From a virus (taxonomy: Duplodnaviria; Caudoviricetes), in IMG/VR virus record IMGVR_UViG_3300031555_004294, positions 64,001 through 128,000 of that record: 64,000 nt of DNA; one strand, 5' to 3'. The notes beneath the pieces were generated by a model, which made no database searches, was not told where the DNA came from, and worked only from the letters and a program-made list of their open reading frames with translations. A program made the translations under genes and the position numbers. Each line of letters starts with the position of its first letter. The first letter of the stretch is position 1. Below are positions 9,197 through 17,023 of the stretch, in pieces.

Positions 9197-9286
9197 ATAA
9201 TTTTTTAAGATAAGCTGCTGATTATACAAAATTTTGTATGTTCCAGCAATTAAGGAAGTTTATCAAGGTGATCAATAATAAATTTC

Positions 9287-12200
9287 AACCACCATTAGAG
9301 TTTTTACTAATACGTTCAGATATATCAATTACATCTGTCGTACCATCTTTGTAACGAATTATTACTAACTCGTTCTTTGTATCTACCTTTTCTACTACAC
9401 CATCTTGTTCTGCAATAGATACAAAGTCAGAGGATAAAGTATAAGGTAGAGTTCTTTCTATACCAGAGCCATATAAAGGTCTGGATTGTTTTTCAGTGGG
9501 AACTGAGTGTTTCGCTTGTTGCGTCTGCATTCCAATTCTCGGAGGATCCGCATGAAGTGAGGTATAGCAAGACAATAGTTCACCAGCTGTTAGCATATTA
9601 GTTGCTGCTAAGTCTTGAACGTTAGTATTTGTATCGATGAAACCAAAATTGTTAGTTACTTTAGGATTATAACTGAGCTGACGAGTTACGCCAACCTTAT
9701 TACTATCAGGTGAACTTATTCCAAGTAGACCAACCATACTTTGGTCGTAAGATCTCATTTGAGGTGTAAAGGCATCATCTAAATTAGTACCTCCGATACC
9801 CTTATAAGTTGTTGATCCAAGTCTTTCAATTTCAAGCACAGGACTAAGTGTCGAATATGCTTCAACAATAGGACTTTCAACCAACTTCTTAATTACAGCA
9901 TCAGGACTGTGTAATGAAATCTTTCTATCAGTATAACCTGACTTATAAGCATCTTTATATTCCCTAACAGCTTCAGATAACACATCATACAATGTTGCAT
10001 TAACAGTTTCTATACTACGTAGACGATAGTTTTTCATATCATTTACAGGTACATAACTGTTATCAGACAATAAAGTATTACAATGTAACAAAACTCCTAA
10101 AAGGTCATTAGGAAGTTTCATGTAATCTAAAATTTCTTTAGTCTTAGGGTCTAAAAGGAAGTTCAAAGTATTTTGGAAACCTTTAGCTAAGTTTCTCTTA
10201 CCATAACGTAAATCAAAATACTCGATGTAAATACCTTTTTCATTCATAGCTGCAAATTCAGTTTCCTTCAAGAAAGGAATGTCATTCAATCCATTCATGA
10301 GTAAACTGTTTCTTAATGGAGTAGACTTATAGTTCAGATAACCATCAGCAAATCTTATAGATGACCATAATGAAACATCGTCATCATCTAATTGCTTCTT
10401 TTTTTCTGAGAACTCGTATTCTATTCCATATCTAAGCATTACATTTTCTAAACCAAAATAGAAACCTGTAAGAATAATTAACGGAATCATAGTTCCAGTT
10501 ACTTTAGTTCTTACATACATGAACTTAGAAGAAACTTTTTGATTTAGCAGCTTCTTATAAAGTTCTGTCTCTTCATGTTGTTTAAAAATACTTAGGACTA
10601 GATTGAAAATTGAAGTATAAGTTGTACTAGCTTGAAGTTTCAAAGCTTCATTCAAGTTAGAATTGTAGGAATGAATTAAACCATCTTCTACGTTGATAGT
10701 ATAAATGATACCATTTACTTTGTTAACTCCTAGCAAGTACTCTCCTTCTGGAATTGAATCATCAATACTTCTATCTAAGAATTCTGAAATCTCAGCATTT
10801 ACTTTATCTCGGTTAAAACATAACATAACGTTTCTGTTATAGTCAAACGAGAGCATATATCTAGAAACTTCGTCATACTCCATTAGAGTTGAATATTTAG
10901 AGTTAACTTGGACGCAATTTCCTAACTTTACAGAAATCTTTCCTTTATGACTAGGTGCATCTTTCAAAATAAAATTCTTCAATTTGTCAGAGTTAGATGA
11001 AAGTTTGGAATTAAATCTCCAGAAAAACATCTTACCCTTGTCAGTAGAAATTGAAACTTCGTTTGGCTTATTTTTAGTAATTGGTAGCTTCATTAACTGT
11101 TTACCAATACTAACTTTGTGATCATTAAGATACATGAACGAATTATCATAAATGATAGGCATCTCGATGTTAACGATATGTCTATTACCCCAACCATCTT
11201 CGTAATTGACCTTAATGAGTTCTTTCTTGTTAATTTCATCTGAGATATCTTCTCTTGAGAGGTCAGTTATATAAATAGGACATTCTGGATCATTATTAAA
11301 CGCAGAAAGGACTTTAATCAAGTCTTTATCTTTTTGATTCTTAACGTAGTTTCTATCTAATTCTTTAAGAGTACAAGTTTTTACTTCCTCATTCAGTGTG
11401 TTAATGTTTATCGTTTCTGTATTAATAGAATGAACTTCATGGTCATGCAAAATGTTATCAATATTGAGTGGCTTGTTACTCACTTTAATATTGACATCAA
11501 CTTTATTTTGCTTTTCCTTAAGTCGTTCTAACTTATTTTCAGGAACTGTAGTCTGATTATTTTTCAAATTGACGAGATAATTCAAAAATCTCTCATCATT
11601 ATTAAGTTCATCTTCTAGTTCATCAACATTGTTAAAGGAAGTTGCTTTATTATCAATGGTTTTTTCAATTCTATCTAGAAGTTCTAAATCATCCGTGTTT
11701 AAAGCAATTTTGTCTGTCAGTTTTAGTCCTTTTACAATCTTATTTTTAATGGGTTTTGCTATATCAGCTTTAACCTGTTTTGATTGTAAATTCTTAATTT
11801 TTTCTGAAGATTGTTTATTTGTTACAGATAAAACTTTACTACTGGATTGAACTATTTGATTATCAGAATTCTGAATTTCTGCTTCTTCTTCCTTATCCAA
11901 CTCTATTCCATTAGAAATTTTATACAAGATGTTTGAAAGTTTCTTGAATTTAGCTAATGAAAATTTTGGATCAGAAAAGTCTACTAAAAACATTCTCGTA
12001 TTGTTTTTATCAGAAAATACGAACTTGTATTTTTTAAAGAACTCGTAATCAAAAGTTCCCTGTTTAAGCATGAAATACAAGATATTTTCAAAACTAAATA
12101 TACGTCCAGTAGTAATTAGCTCTTTAGGAATTACTTGAATGAAAACTTCAGAATAACTATTAGTTTTACCTAAAATTTCTTTTAAAAATGGTATGAATGG

Positions 12201-12617
12201 TTTTAATTTACTTTCAAAACTTTTATAAGATTTATACGTCTCTTCAAATACTTTATAATATCCATAGGTATCAAAATAAGTATTGTATCCTCCATATAAA
12301 TCTAATTTGATTCGCTTAAAAGTAATATTTGGACTTTTAACATCCATTTCTTTGTACTTTACATCTTGTAAAGTATCTACTTTTCTACCCCTACAAGAAG
12401 CTAATTTTTCTGTTTTATAAGGATAGAAGTAACCTTTTACAAATTGTTTGATAAACAGATTGGAGTTAATGATGTCATAAACATCTGATGAAGATGTATT
12501 CAACGAAAATATTAATCGACCTTTTTGTTTATTAGTATTTTCATCATTACTTAGATAGAGGTTATAATTTTTATAAAGATACAAATTTTTATCTAAATCG
12601 TAGTAATTAACCCTCAT
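9287..12617 (-). CDS. multisubunit RNA polymerase beta subunit, exon 1 (probably virion RNAP; spliced product 1411 aa)
   Basis: Beta motifs SPVLEIERLGSTTYKGIGG, SSPDSNKVGVTRQLS and HADPPRIGMQTQQAKHSVP (cf. HDDANRALMGSNMQRQAVP). The ORF stops at the intron boundary. Virion assignment is inferred from the late-type motif. Confidence 0.9.
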
Positions 12618-12648
12618 ATAAGCTTTTCTCCTCCTTTCACTTTTTAGT

Positions 12649-12660
12649 TAGTATTTTGTT
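12649..12660 (-). promoter_or_regulatory. putative late promoter AACA-N6-TA
   Basis: AACA-AAATAC-TA just upstream of the RNAP beta RBS; matches the AR9 late consensus. Confidence 0.6.
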
Positions 12661-12727
12661 TGTATAACATAATCTATATCAGATCATATAATTATTTGGT
12701 AGTAATTTTTATTTTTTATAAATTTTT

Positions 12728-12761
12728 AATTCTATTAGATTTTTAAAAATCTAATAGAATT
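12728..12761. repeat. perfect 34-bp palindrome in an AT-rich divergent intergenic region
   Basis: AATTCTATTAGATTTTT/AAAAATCTAATAGAATT. Confidence 0.9.
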
Positions 12762-13117
12762 TTTTATTTAATTTATATTAAAAATTTTATAATTTATAAA
12801 AACCCCCTCTAAATCTCCCCCATAAGGAAAAATTAGGAAATTTTGTAGCTGTAATTTTATGTTACGATGAACTAGATTTTTAAATTTTTAAAAATACGAG
12901 TAATAATTCATTACTAAAACTAGGTATATACTAAATTAGGAAAAACAACATTTTATCGTTTAAAATTTAATCCAATTTTTAAGTATATATTTTTGTTTTA
13001 GAAATAGTATTATGTGAGGTATGAAATAGTATCTTCTTCCTATTTCTTATTTTCTCATAGTATTATTTTGTACAAAATAATACTCAAAAAAAATTATTAA
13101 AAGGAGGACTAACAAAC

Positions 13118-13837
13118 ATGGCAGTTGTTAGCAAGAAAAAGCCCGTTGCGTCAAACACACCCGCAACTACTAAGACCACCAATACTGTAGAAAAGAAGGC
13201 AGTAGCACCCGTTAAGAAGACTGAAACTAAGCAGGCTCCTGTTAAGAAGGCAGAGACCAATAAGAAACTAACTCTTAAGGGTGAACCCAAGGCTCCTAAG
13301 TCCTTTGAGATTAGAGAAGGCAGCCAGGCTACTCAGGACGCTTTTATTGACCGCTTCTATAAGAAGTTCCTTGATCTTGGTTATGATGTAACTAAGGAAC
13401 AGGTTAAGGCTGTTAAGAAGGCATATAGTGAAACCCTTAGAGAAGTAACTGACATTGCTTCCTATCAGGATGTTGATGCTGGTATTTACTATGCTCGTCG
13501 CTATATCAAGGCACGTGTAACTGCACCCCCTAAGGCTGGTAATGGTCTTAAGACCCTTATGAATGGTCACTATGAACTCAAGGTACGTAAGCTCCTTGGT
13601 AATGAAGAAGAATTTAAGTTCTTTGGTGATGTAAATGAAGATGGCACTATCTTCATTACTGAAGATGGAACTGAAATTCCTCTTACTGAAGAAGAAGTTG
13701 AAGTAAAGCCTGCAACTAAGAAGACCGTTACTAAGAAGGCTCCTGTTGTTGTAGAAGAGGAAGAAGAATTTGAAGAAGAGGAAATCGAAGAGGATGAAGA
13801 ATACGATGATTTCCTTGATGACGAGGATGAAGAGTAA
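13118..13837 (+). CDS. putative HU/IHF-like DNA-binding protein with basic N-tail and acidic C-tail
   Basis: Core TKEQVKAVKKAYSETL...RRYIKARVTAPP resembles the HU helix and arm; K/A/P/T-rich N-terminus, E/D C-terminus; AGGAGG RBS. Confidence 0.5.
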   Translation: MAVVSKKKPVASNTPATTKTTNTVEKKAVAPVKKTETKQAPVKKAETNKKLTLKGEPKAPKSFEIREGSQATQDAFIDRFYKKFLDLGYDVTKEQVKAVKKAYSETLREVTDIASYQDVDAGIYYARRYIKARVTAPPKAGNGLKTLMNGHYELKVRKLLGNEEEFKFFGDVNEDGTIFITEDGTEIPLTEEEVEVKPATKKTVTKKAPVVVEEEEEFEEEEIEEDEEYDDFLDDEDEE

Positions 13838-13883
13838 TTCTTTCATCGTTTAAAAATAACATAGAGAACTAATTAAATAAAAT

Positions 13884-13922
13884 TGGTGAGAGTAGATAGA
13901 AATATTTACTCTCACCTTTTTA
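13884..13922 (+). terminator. intrinsic terminator
   Basis: GGTGAGAGTA...TACTCTCACC followed by a T-run. Confidence 0.75.
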
Positions 13923-13956
13923 CTAATTTTTTTGATGGAAAGGAGAAATTTAAGTT

Positions 13957-14676
13957 ATGTATAACCCTGCTACTGATAGTAATCCTTTATTTCAAGTAGA
14001 CTTTGATTGGAATAAGAAACCAATTATTTGCATTAACATATCTGAGATGGTAAAACAAAAGTATAAGATACCAATGCAATATGAAACTATTAATATTGGC
14101 GGCAACTCAGACGACATGCATTTTCTATGTCGAAAAATTGACAGATACTTACTTCATATAGTTGAAGAAATTGCTGAATTTTTGAAAGAATTTAATGATA
14201 TAAATACAAAATTTCCTGATTTAAAAAATTACACAGAACATAAAGAATGTCTTATGGAGCTTATTGATGTAACAGCTTATATTACAAGTCTCCTAAGTCT
14301 ATTCTATATAGATCTCAATGGTTTAGAAAATACGAAAAACTTAGAAAATAGTTTTGAAAGAATTTTTAATGACGAAATTAGCAGTCTTAAAAATGAAGAT
14401 GTGAAAAATGTAGTAAATGAAAAGTTACTTAACATAGAAAGCATACTAATAAATGGAATTAGAAGAAATTTTCCAGAAAGAAAATGGCATAAAGATACTG
14501 ATAGAATTCTTTCAGTAAAAGAACTTTATGATCTTTATAAGAGTTGTATTCGTGAATGTACAAAAGCTCTTTATGTTGCAGTATTATTGTTTTTATACTT
14601 GACTGATATGAATGTTGACCTTTTTACACAGATGTTTCTTGACAAAAATGAAGAAGTATATTCTTTAAAAAAATAA
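13957..14676 (+). CDS. all-alpha NTP pyrophosphatase (dimeric dUTPase/MazG superfamily)
   Basis: EEIAE ... ELIDV acidic motif pair and a KWHK motif. Confidence 0.55.
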   Translation: MYNPATDSNPLFQVDFDWNKKPIICINISEMVKQKYKIPMQYETINIGGNSDDMHFLCRKIDRYLLHIVEEIAEFLKEFNDINTKFPDLKNYTEHKECLMELIDVTAYITSLLSLFYIDLNGLENTKNLENSFERIFNDEISSLKNEDVKNVVNEKLLNIESILINGIRRNFPERKWHKDTDRILSVKELYDLYKSCIRECTKALYVAVLLFLYLTDMNVDLFTQMFLDKNEEVYSLKK

Positions 14677-14764
14677 AAAAGAGAACAACTATATTATACG
14701 ATTGAAAAATTTAATAACTCAATCGTGTAGTATAGTTCGTTCAGTTTTTACAAATTATTTTTAT

Positions 14765-14841
14765 TGGGGTGTAGCCAAGTGGCCTAAGGCACGAGACTTT
14801 GACTCTCGCATTCGAATGTTCAAATCATTCCACCCCAGCCA
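14765..14841 (+). tRNA. tRNA-Gln(TTG)
   Basis: Cloverleaf, anticodon loop CT-TTG-AC, encoded CCA. Confidence 0.9.
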
Positions 14842-15055
14842 ACGGTATATTTGTTAGAAGCATCGACAAGGATATGAGTTGTTGGAGTACTATGAAGAGT
14901 AAATGCGAGATTATCGCAGTTAGCCACCTAAGCAATGCGTGCATGTAATGGATATTAGTTTCAAATATTGAGTTCTCCGCCAATTCCAGAGTATGACTGA
15001 CCTTCAACAGAAAACTGTAAAACAAAGAGGGAAATAAGACATATGAAAGAGGTTT

Positions 15056-15610
15056 ATGAAAATGAGCAAATCAATGCTATTTAATTGGGCATTCAAGCGA
15101 ATTTTAGGGTTAAGAGATGTTGGTGTATTCTTTAAGGTAATGAAGGAGCGCAAAGAAATTAAAACACAAGTTAATCTTAAAGGAGCCATAAGTTCTCCTA
15201 ATCATCTTAGCGAAATCATTGTTGGTCATGATGAACAGATTGATAAATGGATTGAGCCTATGGCTGCTGGAACTGAAAGTTGCCCTTATTGGGATTGTAC
15301 AAGACTGTTCTACGGCAAGGAGGCTAACTTTGACTGGGGCGAAAAGAATATGGAATATTGGCTTGGTATGAGACAAACAGTTCTAGCTCCTATCATCCCT
15401 ATTCCGATTTGTGCTTATGAGGAAGTCTATATTCTTGGTGAATCGGATAAGGCTTTTAGAGATTGCATGAAGAAGTATGGTAAAGCTCGTGCTTTCCATG
15501 ATCACGCTGAAGAGTTTGGTGCAAAGAAGATAATTGATAAAACAAATGTCTACTTTATGCAATGTGACATTTCTTATATGAAAGACCCTGTGTGGTCTAC
15601 TTGTGAGTGA
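15056..15610 (+). CDS. hypothetical protein inside the tRNA cluster
   Basis: 184 aa, GAGG RBS. Confidence 0.65.
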   Translation: MKMSKSMLFNWAFKRILGLRDVGVFFKVMKERKEIKTQVNLKGAISSPNHLSEIIVGHDEQIDKWIEPMAAGTESCPYWDCTRLFYGKEANFDWGEKNMEYWLGMRQTVLAPIIPIPICAYEEVYILGESDKAFRDCMKKYGKARAFHDHAEEFGAKKIIDKTNVYFMQCDISYMKDPVWSTCE

Positions 15611-15746
15611 TGTAGTCGCTATACAAATGACTATCTTTTTGTGAAATTATATTTCACACAAGTGAGCCTCTGTTGTGAACAGACTCCAAGGCTACGGCGA
15701 TTGGCCTCTCGAAAGAGTTAAAAATCGCCATTTATTTCAAATAATT

Positions 15747-15837
15747 GGAGAGATACCCAAGAGGTCGAAGGGGGCGGTCTACTAAACCGCTAGGGCATGT
15801 AAATGTTGCAAGAGTTCAAATCTCTTTCTCTCCGCCA
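15747..15837 (+). tRNA. tRNA-Ser(ACT)
   Basis: Long variable arm, G discriminator, stem GCGGT/ACCGC with loop CT-ACT-AA, CCA end. Confidence 0.85.
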
Positions 15838-15888
15838 AATATTTATTAAAGTTCTCAGTAGTTTTAACCTGTTGGGAACTTTATCTAT

Positions 15889-15963
15889 GCTGGTGTGGCT
15901 CAATGGCAGAGCAGCTGATTTGTAATCAGCAGGTTGATGGTTCGAATCCGTTCACCAGCTCCA
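15889..15963 (+). tRNA. tRNA-Thr(TGT)
   Basis: Cloverleaf, loop TT-TGT-AA, CCA end. Confidence 0.93.
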
Positions 15964-15966
15964 TTT

Positions 15967-16041
15967 CGGGATGTAGCGTATTGGTTACGCACTAGTTTTG
16001 GGAACTAGATCAAGTAGGTTCGATTCCTATCATTCCGACCA
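15967..16041 (+). tRNA. tRNA-Pro(TGG)
   Basis: CGGGATG acceptor, loop TT-TGG-GA, CCA end. Confidence 0.88.
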
Positions 16042-16129
16042 GAAATATTGATTAAAGTCTTGATATTTTAAATTACTAGACTTTAAATTTTTAAAAATCT
16101 GAGTAATAAATAATTATTCAGATTTTTAT

Positions 16130-16205
16130 TCCTCCTTAGCTCAGTCGGCAGAGCACCTGACTGTTAATCAGGGTGTCGCTGGTTCAAGCCCAGCAGGGGG
16201 AGCCA
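16130..16205 (+). tRNA. tRNA-Asn(GTT)
   Basis: Cloverleaf, loop CT-GTT-AA, GCCA end. Confidence 0.93.
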
Positions 16206-16247
16206 TATTAAAGTCTTGATAAATTAAATCATCAAGACTTTACATTT

Positions 16248-16323
16248 GCAGTAGTAACTCAATTGGTAGAGTGCTAGCCTTCCAAGCTGGATGTCGCGAG
16301 TTCGAGCCTCGTCTACTGCTCCA
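16248..16323 (+). tRNA. tRNA-Gly(TCC)
   Basis: Cloverleaf, loop CT-TCC-AA, TCCA end. Confidence 0.93.
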
Positions 16324-16467
16324 ACAAAAAATTTAAATCAAGTTTTAAATACATATTTTAAACTTGAAAAAAAAGGAAACGTATTAAAGTAAATTTTAAA
16401 TACATATTCTTATTCTGTAAAAAGAAAATGAATTACATGACAAATGTTAACACTTTCCTTTACATAT

Positions 16468-16554
16468 GGGGGTATGGCGGAACAGGTAGACGCAAGGGAC
16501 TTAAAATCCCTCGGTAGAGATACTGTGAGGATTCGAATTCCTCTACCCCCACCA
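16468..16554 (+). tRNA. tRNA-Leu(TAA)
   Basis: Long variable arm, loop CT-TAA-AA, ACCA end. Confidence 0.93.
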
Positions 16555-16607
16555 CTCGTTTAGGTAATTCTATCCTATAATAGAATTACCTAAACATTTT
16601 TATTTAT

Positions 16608-16684
16608 GGGACATTAGCTCAGTTGGTCAGAGCATTCGGCTCATAACCGAACGGTCCAAGGTTCGAGACCTTGATGTCCCACCA
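16608..16684 (+). tRNA. tRNA-CAT (probably Ile2, possibly elongator Met)
   Basis: Loop CT-CAT-AA; CGG/CCG anticodon stem resembles Firmicute tRNA-Ile2. Confidence 0.85.
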
Positions 16685-16689
16685 TATAT

Positions 16690-16765
16690 GATCCATTAGC
16701 TCAGATGGCAGAGCACATGACTTTTAATCATGGTGTCCGGAGTTCGACTCTCCGATGGATCACCA
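16690..16765 (+). tRNA. tRNA-Lys(TTT)
   Basis: Cloverleaf, loop CT-TTT-AA, ACCA end. Confidence 0.93.
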
Positions 16766-16925
16766 AAGGCAATTGTAACTATTTCTATAGCTTCAATTGT
16801 TTTCAATTTTTTACAACCCTATAAGTAGCATTCAAAGTTACTTATAGGGTGAAAATTTTATTTTTTTTTTTGCATTCTATACAATCTTTCCTATTTTTAT
16901 CATTTTAGTAGTTTAACCTTCTTAG

Positions 16926-16937
16926 AACAAAGTATTA
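16926..16937 (+). promoter_or_regulatory. putative late promoter AACA-N6-TA
   Basis: AACA-AAGTAT-TA upstream of the large tail gene. Confidence 0.55.
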
Positions 16938-17023
16938 ATACAACTCTTGTATTGACAAACAATAAAAATTTCTTACAAAAACATCAGAAAATATATTACA
17001 TGAAAGGAGGGAAATTTGTAAAA

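Larger units (their letters stand above)
3803..9286 (-). mobile_element. group I intron (5484 nt) in the RNAP beta gene, with a 5.3-kb antisense operon in the P6 loop
   Basis: 5' exon ends GGUGGUU and pairs with IGS GAUCACC (U-G wobble). P AAUUGCUGGAA (9251-9241), Q AAUCAGCAG (9223-9215), R UUCAACGACUAUA (3921-3909), S AAGAUAUAGUCU (3872-3861), P9 hairpins, terminal G at 3803. Exons join in frame (NSNGG-F-YISN). Confidence 0.92.

Noticed and set aside
9285-9287. TGA read-through, stop-codon reassignment or pseudogene as the reason the beta ORF ends here
   Set aside because: Sequence after the TGA is intron core, not beta-like protein; TAA, TAG and TGA all end ordinary genes in this window; the exons join in frame.
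14842-15730. tmRNA, RNase P, theta ribozyme or group II intron in the tRNA cluster
   Set aside because: Diagnostic termini and core motifs were not found by eye; retained only as unassigned structured-RNA candidates.
15775-15790. Amber suppressor (CTA) reading of the Ser tRNA
   Set aside because: The 5-bp stem fixes the 7-nt loop as CT-ACT-AA, so the anticodon is ACT.
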